From: Escherichia phage 235Ecol030PP
Sequence record: PP355091.1
Strand: one strand, 5' to 3'
Length of the DNA stretch: 64,000 bases
Positions 40,549 to 50,473 of this stretch are shown here, in pieces. Within the stretch, counting starts at the first letter, position 1, and every line of letters begins with the position of its first letter. The notes under the pieces were generated by a model, which saw nothing but the letters and a program-made list of their open reading frames with translations, did not search any database and had not been told where the DNA came from. A program made the position numbers and the translations under genes.

Positions 40549-42114
40549 ATGACTATCAAAACTAAAGCTGAACTTTTGAACAAATGGAAGCCATTACTGG
40601 AAGGTGAAGGCCTGCCGGAAATCGCTAATAGCAAGCAGGCTATTATCGCTAAAATCTTCGAAAACCAGGAAAAAGATTTCGAAGTATCCCCTGAATATAA
40701 AGACGAGAAAATCGCTCAGGCATTTGGTTCTTTCTTGACCGAAGCTGAAATTGGTGGTGACCACGGTTATAATGCTACCAACATCGCTGCAGGTCAGACT
40801 TCTGGCGCAGTAACTCAGATTGGCCCAGCTGTTATGGGTATGGTACGTCGTGCTATTCCTAACCTGATTGCTTTCGATATTTGTGGTGTTCAGCCGATGA
40901 ACAGCCCGACTGGCCAGGTATTCGCGCTGCGCGCAGTATATGGTAAAGATCCAATCGCTTCCGGTGCTAAAGAAGCATTCCACCCAATGTATGGTCCAGA
41001 TGCAATGTTCTCTGGTCAGGGTGCTGCTAAGAAATTCGCTGCTTTGAAAGCAAGTGATACTCTTGAAGTCGGAACTATTTACACTCACTTCTTCCAAGAA
41101 ACTGGTACAGTATATCTGCAAGCTACAGCAGCTAAACAAATTGATTCAGGCGCATCTGACGCAGACAAATTAGATGCTGAAATTAAGAAACAAATGGAAG
41201 CTGGTGTACTGGTAGAAATCGCTGAAGGCATGGCTACTTCTATCGCTGAACTTCAGGAAGGTTTCAATGGTTCTACCGATAACCCATGGAATGAAATGGG
41301 CTTCCGTATCGATAAACAAGTTATCGAAGCTAAATCTCGCCAGCTGAAAGCTGCTTACTCTATCGAATTAGCACAAGACCTCCGCGCTGTTCACGGTATG
41401 GATGCTGATGCTGAACTGTCTGGTATTCTGGCTACCGAAATCATGCTGGAAATCAACCGCGAAGTTGTTGATTGGATTAACTACTCCGCACAGGTTGGTA
41501 AATCTGGTATGACCCTGACTCCGGGTTCTAAAGCTGGTGTATTCGACTTCCAGGATCCAATTGATATTCGTGGTGCTCGCTGGGCGGGTGAATCCTTTAA
41601 AGCTCTGTTGTTCCAGATTGACAAAGAAGCAGTTGAAATTGCTCGTCAGACCGGTCGTGGTGAAGGTAACTTCATTATCGCTTCCCGTAACGTAGTTAAC
41701 GTTCTGGCTTCAGTTGATACAGGCATTTCTTATGCTGCACAGGGTCTGGCTACCGGCTTCAACACTGATACTACCAAGTCAGTATTTGCTGGTGTTCTGG
41801 GTGGTAAATACCGTGTATATATCGACCAGTATGCTAAACAGGATTATTTCACTGTAGGTTATAAAGGTCCGAACGAAATGGATGCTGGTATTTACTATGC
41901 TCCATATGTAGCTCTGACTCCGCTGCGTGGTTCCGATCCGAAGAACTTCCAACCGGTAATGGGATTCAAAACTCGTTACGGTATCGGTATCAACCCATTT
42001 GCAGAATCCGCTGCTCAGGCTCCGGCTTCTCGCATCCAAAGCGGTATGCCTTCTATTCTGAATAGCCTTGGTAAAAACGCTTACTTCCGCCGTGTATATG
42101 TTAAAGGTATCTAA
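40549..42114 (+). CDS. 23: gp23 major capsid protein
   Basis: 521 aa MTIKTKAELLNKWKPLLEGEG... Confidence 0.97.
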   Translation: MTIKTKAELLNKWKPLLEGEGLPEIANSKQAIIAKIFENQEKDFEVSPEYKDEKIAQAFGSFLTEAEIGGDHGYNATNIAAGQTSGAVTQIGPAVMGMVRRAIPNLIAFDICGVQPMNSPTGQVFALRAVYGKDPIASGAKEAFHPMYGPDAMFSGQGAAKKFAALKASDTLEVGTIYTHFFQETGTVYLQATAAKQIDSGASDADKLDAEIKKQMEAGVLVEIAEGMATSIAELQEGFNGSTDNPWNEMGFRIDKQVIEAKSRQLKAAYSIELAQDLRAVHGMDADAELSGILATEIMLEINREVVDWINYSAQVGKSGMTLTPGSKAGVFDFQDPIDIRGARWAGESFKALLFQIDKEAVEIARQTGRGEGNFIIASRNVVNVLASVDTGISYAAQGLATGFNTDTTKSVFAGVLGGKYRVYIDQYAKQDYFTVGYKGPNEMDAGIYYAPYVALTPLRGSDPKNFQPVMGFKTRYGIGINPFAESAAQAPASRIQSGMPSILNSLGKNAYFRRVYVKGI

Positions 42115-42129
42115 TCTTTGACGATTTAA

Positions 42130-42145
42130 GGGACCTTCGGGTCCC
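42130..42145 (+). terminator. rho-independent terminator after gene 23
   Basis: GGGACC-TTCG-GGTCCC followed by T-rich tract. Confidence 0.7.
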
Positions 42146-42162
42146 TTTAGTTGTTTTTATGG

Positions 42163-42170
42163 TATAAATA
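42163..42170 (+). promoter_or_regulatory. late promoter TATAAATA for gene 24
   Basis: exact TATAAATA about 28 nt upstream of ATG 42198. Confidence 0.65.
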
Positions 42171-42197
42171 AATCATATAAACCAAAAGGAAAGCGCA

Positions 42198-43481
42198 ATG
42201 GCTAAAATCAACGAACTTCTGCGCGAATCAACCACAACGAATAGCAACTCAATCGGTCGCCCAAATCTCGTTGCTTTGACTCGCGCTACCACTAAATTAA
42301 TATATTCTGACATTGTAGCAACGCAAAGAACTAATCAACCTGTTGCTGCTTTTTATGGTATCAAATACCTTAACCCAGACAATGAATTTACATTTAAAAC
42401 TGGTGCTACTTATGCTGGCGAAGCTGGATATGTAGACCGAGAACAAATCACAGAATTAACAGAAGAGTCTAAATTAACTCTCAATAAAGGCGATTTATTC
42501 AAATATAATAATATCGTTTATAAAGTATTAGAAGATACACCATTTACTGATATTGAAGAAAGCGATTTAGAATTAGCTCTTCAGATTGCAATTGTTCTTT
42601 TAAAGGTTCGTCTATTTTCTGACGCAGCGTCAACAAGCAAATTTGAAAGCTCTGATAGCGAAATTGCGGATGCTAGATTCCAGATTAATAAATGGCAAAC
42701 CGCAGTTAAATCTCGTAAACTTAAAACTGGCATCACAGTTGAATTAGCGCAAGATTTAGAAGCAAATGGATTCGATGCTCCTAATTTCTTGGAAGATTTG
42801 CTTGCAACTGAAATGGCAGATGAAATCAATAAAGATATTCTGCAGTCTTTGATTACAGTATCAAAACGTTATAAAGTTACAGGAATTACTGATACTGGAT
42901 TCATTGATTTGAGTTATGCATCTGCACCTGAAGCTGGTCGTTCATTATATCGAATGGTATGTGAAATGGTTTCGCATATCCAAAAAGAATCAACTTATAC
43001 AGCAACGTTCTGTGTTGCTTCAGCTCGTGCTGCTGCGATTCTTGCTGCATCAGGTTGGTTAAAACATAAACCAGAAGATGATAAATATCTTTCACAAAAT
43101 GCCTACGGGTTCTTAGCTAATGGTTTACCTCTTTATTGCGATACTAACAGCCCATTAGATTATGTAATCGTCGGTGTGGTAGAAAATATTGGCGAAAAAG
43201 AAATTGTTGGATCAATTTTCTATGCTCCGTATACAGAAGGTCTTGACTTAGATGACCCTGAACATGTAGGCGCATTTAAAGTTGTTGTTGATCCAGAAAG
43301 CTTACAACCGTCTATCAGTTTATTAGTTAGATATGCTTTATCAGCAAATCCTTATACCGTAGCAAAAGATGAAAAAGAAGCAAGAGTAATTGATGGTGGA
43401 GACATGGATAAAATGGCGGGTCGTTCAGATTTGTCTGTTTTATTAGGTGTTAAGCTACCAAAAATTATTGTTGATGAATAA
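42198..43481 (+). CDS. 24: gp24 capsid vertex protein
   Basis: 427 aa, shares segments with gp23 (e.g. ELAQDL). Confidence 0.95.
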   Translation: MAKINELLRESTTTNSNSIGRPNLVALTRATTKLIYSDIVATQRTNQPVAAFYGIKYLNPDNEFTFKTGATYAGEAGYVDREQITELTEESKLTLNKGDLFKYNNIVYKVLEDTPFTDIEESDLELALQIAIVLLKVRLFSDAASTSKFESSDSEIADARFQINKWQTAVKSRKLKTGITVELAQDLEANGFDAPNFLEDLLATEMADEINKDILQSLITVSKRYKVTGITDTGFIDLSYASAPEAGRSLYRMVCEMVSHIQKESTYTATFCVASARAAAILAASGWLKHKPEDDKYLSQNAYGFLANGLPLYCDTNSPLDYVIVGVVENIGEKEIVGSIFYAPYTEGLDLDDPEHVGAFKVVVDPESLQPSISLLVRYALSANPYTVAKDEKEARVIDGGDMDKMAGRSDLSVLLGVKLPKIIVDE

Positions 43482-43486
43482 AACAA

Positions 43487-43502
43487 AGGGACCTTTCGGT
43501 CC
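43487..43502. terminator. bidirectional terminator between gene 24 (+) and rnlB (-)
   Basis: GGGACC-TTTC-GGTCCC flanked by A-run upstream and T-run downstream. Confidence 0.7.
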
Positions 43503-43510
43503 CTTTTTAT

Positions 43511-44515
43511 TTAACTTACCAATTCAATCCAAGCTGGACGAAGTACATCTTGCACCATTTTAACTAATTCCTTTTTAATCAAAGAAGGATTATCCGCTTG
43601 AGTTAGAGTAATACCTTCACGAGAAGTTTCTTCCAAAATATCTTGAACAGTTAGTCCCATCACCTTTCCAAAATCTTTTGGACCAATTTCGCCAATTTTA
43701 GAAATAACGTTATTTACCCGGTTCAGTGTAACGTAACAAGCTAAAATTCCTACCAATTTGTTATCAGCTTCTGATAGCTCAACTTTAGCTTTAATAGGCT
43801 TATCAGACTTTTTCTTTTCACTAAATTTAGAATTCTTGCATTTGATGGCTACACGATTGCGATTAGGCAGCCAAGAAGGATAACAAGGTTTCAATACATA
43901 TCCTTCAGCGGTAAATACTTCGCCTTTGGCTTCAGCTTTCCAAACACATTTGTTAGCGTCAATTAAACCTGCATTATCTACGGTAAAATTATAAGACGGA
44001 ACAACAGAATCCAAATCATTTGGAAGTTTAATAAGATCTTCAAATTTACCGCGACCTAAAAGTGGAGCCATTTTAAATTTAAATGTATTACAAAACGATT
44101 CCATCATGTAATCATCAACATAAGTTACATCACCACTTTCGGTAGTGACAATAATGTCAAATACATAAAAATCTTTATCGCCATAATCAACATTCTTCTG
44201 AATGCCAGGTCCAGCGAATTCGCCAAAGACTTGATAAGACACAATCGCTGAGGTTTCCATAATATCTTGTACTGCTTCGATAGAATCAGCGTAATTCTTT
44301 AGAATAATTTCATACCCAAAGAAATCTTCAGCAGGAAGAATAGGACCAGTACGTTTAGCGCAAGTTACTTTATCGCGCTCAATAATCAATGAGAAATTTG
44401 TGCCGTGAATCTTTTCACGAGCTACCCACTCCCCACCAGTCAATCCCAAGCTATAAAGTTTTTCAATAAATTTAGAGTTGTAATGATTTTCAAGACTGCT
44501 ATACTTTTTAAACAT
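43511..44515 (-). CDS. rnlB: RNA ligase 2
   Basis: 334 aa; nucleotidyltransferase motif I KIHGTN. Confidence 0.9.
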   Translation of the reverse strand: MFKKYSSLENHYNSKFIEKLYSLGLTGGEWVAREKIHGTNFSLIIERDKVTCAKRTGPILPAEDFFGYEIILKNYADSIEAVQDIMETSAIVSYQVFGEFAGPGIQKNVDYGDKDFYVFDIIVTTESGDVTYVDDYMMESFCNTFKFKMAPLLGRGKFEDLIKLPNDLDSVVPSYNFTVDNAGLIDANKCVWKAEAKGEVFTAEGYVLKPCYPSWLPNRNRVAIKCKNSKFSEKKKSDKPIKAKVELSEADNKLVGILACYVTLNRVNNVISKIGEIGPKDFGKVMGLTVQDILEETSREGITLTQADNPSLIKKELVKMVQDVLRPAWIELVS

Positions 44516-44524
44516 AATTAATCC

Positions 44525-44803
44525 TCAAAATGTAATTTCTAACCAATCACCATCACGCTGATCACTATTGACTTTAAAGCTGAATCCTTCTTTTCTCAGC
44601 CAATCACCAATTTCTTCAGTAATCAATTTATCACGAGCAATACAATAATAATTAAAATGTGTTTTACCTTGTTCAGCTGCTTTATTAGCAAGTTCCGAAA
44701 AATCTTTAATAAAACACTCTAGCTTAAACTGTTTACTTTTGAATGCTTTTTCGCGTAATTGATTAGCAAAAGATTCATTTTCATAAAGATCATACTGTTC
44801 CAT
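44525..44803 (-). CDS. hypothetical protein (24.2-like)
   Basis: 92 aa ORF with ATG start. Confidence 0.6.
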   Translation of the reverse strand: MEQYDLYENESFANQLREKAFKSKQFKLECFIKDFSELANKAAEQGKTHFNYYCIARDKLITEEIGDWLRKEGFSFKVNSDQRDGDWLEITF

Positions 44804-45005
44804 TTTTCACCTTTTTATTGATATGTCTTTTTCTATAGACAACTTTTTCTCGAGTTTCAAATTTATTTTTAGCAGTCATAGCTCGAGCCCATAATACAGC
44901 CACTTCTTTTGCCTGTAAGTTTAATTCACGAGCAATTTCAATGAATGACTTTCCAGACTCATGAAGAGTAAACACCACAACCTCAGTTCTCATAATCAAT
45001 CTCAT
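44790..45005 (-). CDS. small helix-turn-helix protein (24.3-like)
   Basis: 71 aa; HTH-like segment GKSFIEIARELNLQAKEVAVLWARA. Confidence 0.55.
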   Translation of the reverse strand: MRLIMRTEVVVFTLHESGKSFIEIARELNLQAKEVAVLWARAMTAKNKFETREKVVYRKRHINKKVKNGTV

Positions 45006-45074
45006 GTTATCGAGTTGGTGCCATTATATACATCATTTTCTGATTGTGTTTTGTGTGCTTTCAAAATGAAGAAA

Positions 45075-45088
45075 GGGGCCGAAGCCCC
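45075..45088 (-). terminator. rho-independent terminator after hoc
   Basis: minus RNA GGGGC-UUCG-GCCCC followed by U-rich tract. Confidence 0.65.
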
Positions 45089-45094
45089 TTATGA

Positions 45095-46513
45095 TTATGG
45101 ATAGGTATAGATGATACCAGTTTCTAAAGCAGTTTTATGAATGATGTATCCATTACGCGATTCTTGAACATCAACTTCTGGATAGTCTTTCATCATCTTC
45201 TGAAGAGTGTAACGATGCAGGTAGTATTTACTATCTGGATCTTCAGTTTTCCAATCTTTACCTTCTTCGGTCATTTTTTGGATTTCATCCATAACCCACC
45301 AACCGCACCAGATATAAGCTGAAGTACGGTGTGGAAGAGGATGAACATAAGGCAATTCACCTTTTGGTTCCGGAGCAACTTTATCAGTTACCTGAACTTG
45401 ACCTGTTGTTTTAACTGTTTTGCTATCATAGTCAGTTGCTGTAACGACAGCAGTAACTTCAATAGTTTGACTTCCAACAGATGAGGTATCGACAGTATAT
45501 ACGTTAGTTGACCCTTCTACAGGAGAAGAATCTTTCTTCCATGAGTAAGTAATTTGTGCTGCTTCAGGTGCGCCAGTAACATTAGCAGTAAATGTAGCCG
45601 AAGCATCTTTCTGAACGTTAATAGAAGGAGGAGTCAATGTAACCTGTGGATTCATTGTCTTCTTATTAACCGTTAATGATACTTCATTCGAAGTAACTTC
45701 CTTTTCATTGTAATTTTCTGCAGTTACTTGGGCTACGCATTTAATTCTTTTTACTCCACTTGTAGTTGGAGTATAGCTAAATGTAGAGTTAGTTTCTCCA
45801 CTAATTTGAGAATCATCTACATACCATTTATATGTAGCAGACGCTCCATCAGGTTGAGAAACTAAAGCAGCAGTAAATTGAACCGGGGTTCCAATTACTC
45901 CTGCTGGAGGACTATCAGGAGTTACTGCCAAAGTAGTTGTCTGCTCCTTTTTATTAACAGTCAGTGATACTTCATTAGAAGTAACGCTTAGTGCATCATA
46001 ATCTGTCGCGGTTACTTGAGCTACACACTTAATTTTTTTAACTCCGCTTGTGGCAGGAGTGTAATTGAATGTAGCGCTAGTTGCTTCGTCCACAGGAGAA
46101 CCGTCAACGTACCATTGATACGTAGCAGATGCACCTGATGGCTGTGAAGCTAAAGCAGCAGTAAATTCAATAGCTGTTCCGATTACTCCAGCGTCAGGGC
46201 TATTAGGAGTTACAGCTAAGGTAGTCGTTTGTGTCTTATTTTGAACTGTGATAGTTGTACTAATTTCAGCTGTTTCGGGACTACTATCGGCAACTTGATT
46301 TGTTGCAACTACTTTAATAGTCTTTTGACCGGCAGGTCCTTTTAATACATAATTAAAAGTTGCTGACGTTTCTTCCTGTTGAGCACCGTCTACAGTCCAA
46401 ACATATGTAATAGGTCCATCTCCAGTTTGACCACTGGGTGTAGCAGTAAACTGCTGAGTCTGATCTATAACTCCAGTAGGTGTTTTAGGAGTTATATCAA
46501 CTGTAAAAGCCAT
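45095..46513 (-). CDS. hoc: Hoc outer capsid decoration protein, four Ig-like domains
   Basis: 472 aa; N- and C-termini match T4 Hoc as recalled; two adjacent 96-aa Ig-like units are ~75% identical. Confidence 0.9.
   Translation of the reverse strand: MAFTVDITPKTPTGVIDQTQQFTATPSGQTGDGPITYVWTVDGAQQEETSATFNYVLKGPAGQKTIKVVATNQVADSSPETAEISTTITVQNKTQTTTLAVTPNSPDAGVIGTAIEFTAALASQPSGASATYQWYVDGSPVDEATSATFNYTPATSGVKKIKCVAQVTATDYDALSVTSNEVSLTVNKKEQTTTLAVTPDSPPAGVIGTPVQFTAALVSQPDGASATYKWYVDDSQISGETNSTFSYTPTTSGVKRIKCVAQVTAENYNEKEVTSNEVSLTVNKKTMNPQVTLTPPSINVQKDASATFTANVTGAPEAAQITYSWKKDSSPVEGSTNVYTVDTSSVGSQTIEVTAVVTATDYDSKTVKTTGQVQVTDKVAPEPKGELPYVHPLPHRTSAYIWCGWWVMDEIQKMTEEGKDWKTEDPDSKYYLHRYTLQKMMKDYPEVDVQESRNGYIIHKTALETGIIYTYP
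45653..46228 (-). repeat. tandem in-frame duplication (2 x 288 bp) encoding two Ig-like domains within hoc
   Basis: protein units aa 96-191 and 192-287 align throughout (TTTLAVTP...VKKIKCVAQVTA...EVSLTVNKK); DNA copies diverged. Confidence 0.75.
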
Positions 46514-46522
46514 AAGTTATCC

Positions 46523-47203
46523 TTATTTTAATGTTACGAAAGAAGAATTGCGTGTTTCACGAATTAGAACTGATCCGTCACGATTAATGTAGTAAATTAA
46601 GCTAAATAAAGTTTGGTGTGCTGACGCGTGTTCAAAACTAGTTGGATGAGATTTCCAATCAGGAGTTTCAGCGATCCATTGATAAATCCACCAAGGAACC
46701 GTACAGAATCCTGGATTTTTCCCCAATAATTGAAGATTCGGACTAAAGTTTTCCGGAAGAGTAAATACAGACGGCTTTTCAGATTCAATAATCTCAGCTA
46801 CAGCCTGTTCGAATTTTTCTTCAACAAAAGGAGTATCTTCAATCAAAACATCGGTATTTTCAGGAATTTTATCCGTTTCTACTACTTCAATTTTAATGTC
46901 AGATTTAACAGGAGAATCAATCAGAAGTGCTGCTTCTGGATTGACTTCTTCATCGTCATATTTTAACCCCTCTGCAGCATCAGCAGCATCAATTAAGTCT
47001 TTAATAGATAACCCATCAGTCTCTGGCATAGGTTCACTAGCGAGCTTCTGGAGGGCTTCTTCAATATCAGCAACGATATTATCAAAAGATTTATTCTTTT
47101 TGACCTTTATACCAAACTGTTCAGCGTATTCAGCTAATTTAGCTTTAGCTTCTTTGTTATCATCAAGAGCCTTCAGCTCTGCAATATAATCTTTATCTAT
47201 CAT
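46523..47203 (-). CDS. inh: Inh, inhibitor of prohead protease
   Basis: 226 aa, position between hoc and uvsW. Confidence 0.85.
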   Translation of the reverse strand: MIDKDYIAELKALDDNKEAKAKLAEYAEQFGIKVKKNKSFDNIVADIEEALQKLASEPMPETDGLSIKDLIDAADAAEGLKYDDEEVNPEAALLIDSPVKSDIKIEVVETDKIPENTDVLIEDTPFVEEKFEQAVAEIIESEKPSVFTLPENFSPNLQLLGKNPGFCTVPWWIYQWIAETPDWKSHPTSFEHASAHQTLFSLIYYINRDGSVLIRETRNSSFVTLK

Positions 47204-47216
47204 AATATTTCCTCAG

Positions 47217-47224
47217 TATAAATA
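47217..47224 (+). promoter_or_regulatory. late promoter TATAAATA upstream of uvsW
   Basis: exact TATAAATA about 30 nt upstream of ATG 47254. Confidence 0.55.
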
Positions 47225-47253
47225 TAGATATATTTATTACATGGTATTTAGAC

Positions 47254-48765
47254 ATGACTGACATTAAAGTACATTTTTATGATTTTAGTCACGTGAGAAT
47301 TGATTGTGAAGAAAGTACATTTCATGAACTCCGTGATTTCTTTAGCTTTGAAGCTGATGGGTATCGTTTTAATCCGAAGTACAGATATGGCCACTGGGAT
47401 GGACGAATCCGTCTTTTAGATTATAATCGTCTTCTTCCATTCGGCTTAGTCGGGCAAATTAAAAAGTTCTGTGATAACTTTGGCTATAAAGCCTGGATTG
47501 ACCCACAAATTAATGAAAAAGAAGAATTATCAAGAAAAGATTTTGATGAATGGCTTTCTAAATTAGAAATCTATTCAGGAAATAAAAGAATTGAACCACA
47601 CTGGTATCAAAAAGATGCAGTGTTCGAAGGATTAGTTAATCGTCGTAGAATTCTTAATCTTCCAACATCTGCAGGTAAATCTTTAATTCAAGCTTTGCTT
47701 GCGCGATATTATTTGGAAAATTATGAAGGTAAAATTCTTATCATTGTTCCAACAACTGCTCTGACAACTCAGATGGCTGATGACTTCGTCGACTATCGTC
47801 TATTCAGTCATGCAATGATAAAGAAAATTGGTGGCGGAGCATCAAAAGATGATAAATATAAAAATGATGCACCAGTCGTTGTTGGTACATGGCAAACTGT
47901 AGTTAAACAACCGAAAGAATGGTTCTCACAGTTTGGAATGATGATGAATGATGAATGCCATCTTGCTACAGGAAAAAGTATTTCATCCATCATATCAGGA
48001 TTAAATAACTGCATGTTTAAATTTGGTCTATCAGGTTCATTACGTGATGGCAAAGCCAATATCATGCAGTACGTTGGAATGTTTGGTGAAATATTTAAGC
48101 CAGTAACGACTTCTAAATTAATGGAAGATGGACAAGTAACTGAGTTAAAAATTAATAGTATTTTTCTTCGCTATCCCGATGAGTTCACTACTAAATTAAA
48201 GGGAAAAACTTATCAAGAAGAAATAAAAATTATTACTGGGCTCAGTAAAAGAAATAAATGGATCGCTAAATTAGCTATTAAGCTTGCACAAAAAGATGAA
48301 AACGCTTTTGTCATGTTTAAACATGTATCGCATGGTAAAGCTATTTTCGATTTAATTAAAAATGAATACGATAAAGTTTATTACGTATCAGGGGAAGTTG
48401 ATACCGAAACCCGCAACGTAATGAAAACCTTAGCTGAAAATGGTAAAGGAATAATTATAGTAGCTAGTTATGGTGTATTTTCTACTGGTATTTCAGTTAA
48501 AAATCTGCATCATGTTGTTTTAGCGCACGGCGTTAAATCAAAAATCATTGTATTACAAACAATCGGTCGTGTATTACGTAAGCATGGTTCTAAAACAGTC
48601 GCAACAGTCTGGGACCTCATAGATGACGCGGGCGTCAAGCCAAAATCTGCTAATACGAAAAAGAAATATGTTCATTTGAACTATCTTTTAAAACACGGCA
48701 TTGATCGTATTCAGCGTTACGCAGATGAAAAATTTAATTACGTAATGAAAACAGTCAATTTATAA
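47254..48765 (+). CDS. uvsW: UvsW DNA helicase
   Basis: 503 aa; Walker A PTSAGKS and DECH box. Confidence 0.93.
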   Translation: MTDIKVHFYDFSHVRIDCEESTFHELRDFFSFEADGYRFNPKYRYGHWDGRIRLLDYNRLLPFGLVGQIKKFCDNFGYKAWIDPQINEKEELSRKDFDEWLSKLEIYSGNKRIEPHWYQKDAVFEGLVNRRRILNLPTSAGKSLIQALLARYYLENYEGKILIIVPTTALTTQMADDFVDYRLFSHAMIKKIGGGASKDDKYKNDAPVVVGTWQTVVKQPKEWFSQFGMMMNDECHLATGKSISSIISGLNNCMFKFGLSGSLRDGKANIMQYVGMFGEIFKPVTTSKLMEDGQVTELKINSIFLRYPDEFTTKLKGKTYQEEIKIITGLSKRNKWIAKLAIKLAQKDENAFVMFKHVSHGKAIFDLIKNEYDKVYYVSGEVDTETRNVMKTLAENGKGIIIVASYGVFSTGISVKNLHHVVLAHGVKSKIIVLQTIGRVLRKHGSKTVATVWDLIDDAGVKPKSANTKKKYVHLNYLLKHGIDRIQRYADEKFNYVMKTVNL

Positions 48766-48777
48766 GGGCTTCGGCCC
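48766..48777 (+). terminator. stem-loop after uvsW
   Basis: GGGC-TTCG-GCCC followed by TTT. Confidence 0.45.
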
Positions 48778-48790
48778 TTTGGAGAAAAAG

Positions 48791-49021
48791 ATGTTACTAG
48801 GATTTAAACAATTTCTTTATGAAGCTTCTATTGATGAATTTATGGGTAAAATTGCCTCTTGTCAAACATTAGAAGGTTTAGAAGAACTTGAAGCTTATTA
48901 CAAGAAAAGAGTCAAAGAAACTGAATTAAAAGATACTGATGACATCTCAGTCAGAGATGCTTTGGCAGGAAAAAGAGCTGAATTAGAAGATTCAGACGAT
49001 GAAGTAGAAGAAAGCTTTTAA
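48791..49021 (+). CDS. uvsW.1: UvsW.1-like small protein
   Basis: 76 aa from ATG 48791 with GGAG RBS; track ORF starts at TTG 48779. Confidence 0.7.
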   Translation: MLLGFKQFLYEASIDEFMGKIASCQTLEGLEELEAYYKKRVKETELKDTDDISVRDALAGKRAELEDSDDEVEESF

Positions 49022-49076
49022 ATTAAAAAAGGCCCAACCAAAAAGGAAGGGCCAAAACTATAGACTAAAGGTCACA

Positions 49077-49245
49077 CTATAGCAAAAGTTGTGTTTCATT
49101 TAATTGTTCTTCAGAACTTTCTGAAACTGGTAGTTCTTTAATGTAATTATAGCAAGGCCCAGGATGTACAGGACCTTTGTCTGTTTCAACAACCAATGCA
49201 GAATCGATTGGAGTTTTACAGACAACACAAATCTTATCTGACATG
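49077..49245 (-). CDS. small Cys-rich protein (uvsY.-2-like)
   Basis: 55 aa from ATG 49245 (MSDKICVVCK...HPGPC) with GGAG RBS and late promoter; track ORF extends upstream from GTG. Confidence 0.6.
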
Positions 49246-49269
49246 ATTGTCTCCTTTTGAATATAGTAA

Positions 49270-49277
49270 TATTTATA
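49270..49277 (-). promoter_or_regulatory. late promoter TATAAATA, minus strand
   Basis: fwd TATTTATA, about 18 nt upstream of ATG 49245. Confidence 0.55.
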
Positions 49278-49367
49278 AACCCATTTTAATCCGCATTTCT
49301 TGTACACGGATTAAGCAAGCTTCCATCTCTGCTAATAGTCGAAATACTTCTTTACAATCTGTCATAT

Positions 49368-49595
49368 TTACCCCATATCTCTCATATGCATATCAATGCC
49401 CATATCTTTAGAATAAAAATATTCATCAAGATATCCGGCAAATTTTCCTTTAATATAAAGTACATCTTCACCGCACGGGTGGTCGGCCAGGATACGAATA
49501 TCCTGACGCTTAAGATTATGCTTTTTCATCAAGAATTGAATCTCAGTTTCAAATTCTTCTTCATAATTAAAAGCATCATCAATGCTATATCTCAT
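49368..49595 (-). CDS. hypothetical protein (uvsY.-1-like)
   Basis: 75 aa ORF directly downstream of uvsY. Confidence 0.65.
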   Translation of the reverse strand: MRYSIDDAFNYEEEFETEIQFLMKKHNLKRQDIRILADHPCGEDVLYIKGKFAGYLDEYFYSKDMGIDMHMRDMG

Positions 49596-50008
49596 TATTT
49601 TCCAGCCTCAAATGCTCGCATGTCTTGAATGTGCTTAATAGCAAATCCACGTGATTTAATAGCATCAAGAGCTCCGCTACAGAAATCTAATAAAATCCCC
49701 CAATATTGTAATGAAGTATCAACCTTTAAAACATCCTTATCGGCTGATAGAACTGTCTTCATTTCTGATTTCTCATAACGATCCATACTAAATTCATCAC
49801 CATCTCCTCGTCCCGAGTAGTAGTCTAATTTAGCTTTAAGAGCAACTTTTTTCTGCGCGTCAATTCTAAGCATTTCCTTTTTAATACTTGAATGCTTATT
49901 GAGCCATTTACTATATAACATCACATTATTAGCTGCTTCATACTGTAATTTAGTCGAATCTATAAACACATCTTTCTTCAATTCTTCTTGAAGATCTTCT
50001 AATCTCAT
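49595..50008 (-). CDS. uvsY: UvsY recombination mediator
   Basis: 137 aa, length and position match. Confidence 0.92.
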   Translation of the reverse strand: MRLEDLQEELKKDVFIDSTKLQYEAANNVMLYSKWLNKHSSIKKEMLRIDAQKKVALKAKLDYYSGRGDGDEFSMDRYEKSEMKTVLSADKDVLKVDTSLQYWGILLDFCSGALDAIKSRGFAIKHIQDMRAFEAGK

Positions 50009-50048
50009 ATTGTTCTCTATTCAATTGTTATTGGATGGACTTAGATTC

Positions 50049-50074
50049 ATTATACCACGTTTATACGTGAAGCA
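50049..50074 (-). promoter_or_regulatory. MotA-dependent middle promoter upstream of uvsY
   Basis: minus strand MotA box TGCTTCA (fwd 50068-50074), 13-nt spacer, TATAAT (fwd 50049-50054). Confidence 0.65.
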
Positions 50075-50473
50075 TTATACTCTATTACTGGAAGCCAGTT
50101 GCAGTTTTATCTGCTCAATATCATCAGGGTTATCGATGACCGAAAAGCGTATTTCTACTATCAGAGTATAATCATCATAAACTGGTATCACATTAACTGA
50201 TAATTTATCAATACGTGGCTCATAGTTTCTTACTGCGCTTTCAATATTGCGCTCAACTGTGTCAGCAGTAAGAGGAGTCATATTTTCAAAAAGCTGGTCT
50301 GATAAATCACATCCAAATTCAGGGTCAAACGGTCTTGAACCTTTTCTTGTTGTAATAATTCCCAAAAGACTGTTTTTAATTGACCTTAATCCAAGTGATC
50401 TTGAAACGTCTTTGTTCCAATCCATTTTCATTTCCGGGTCAATATCAGAATAAAGCTTATTAATATTTGCCAT
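50075..50473 (-). CDS. 25: gp25 baseplate wedge
   Basis: 132 aa, position match. Confidence 0.93.
   Translation of the reverse strand: MANINKLYSDIDPEMKMDWNKDVSRSLGLRSIKNSLLGIITTRKGSRPFDPEFGCDLSDQLFENMTPLTADTVERNIESAVRNYEPRIDKLSVNVIPVYDDYTLIVEIRFSVIDNPDDIEQIKLQLASSNRV

Noticed and set aside
40594-41139. 181-aa minus-strand ORF
   Set aside because: Lies entirely inside the major capsid gene 23 on the opposite strand.
46597-47189. Several 60-100 aa ORFs on both strands
   Set aside because: Overlap or lie antisense to inh; low-complexity translations.
49246-49307. N-terminal extension of the 76-aa track ORF (MYKKCGLKW...)
   Set aside because: Begins at GTG and covers the late promoter; the real start is ATG 49245 with RBS and promoter correctly placed.
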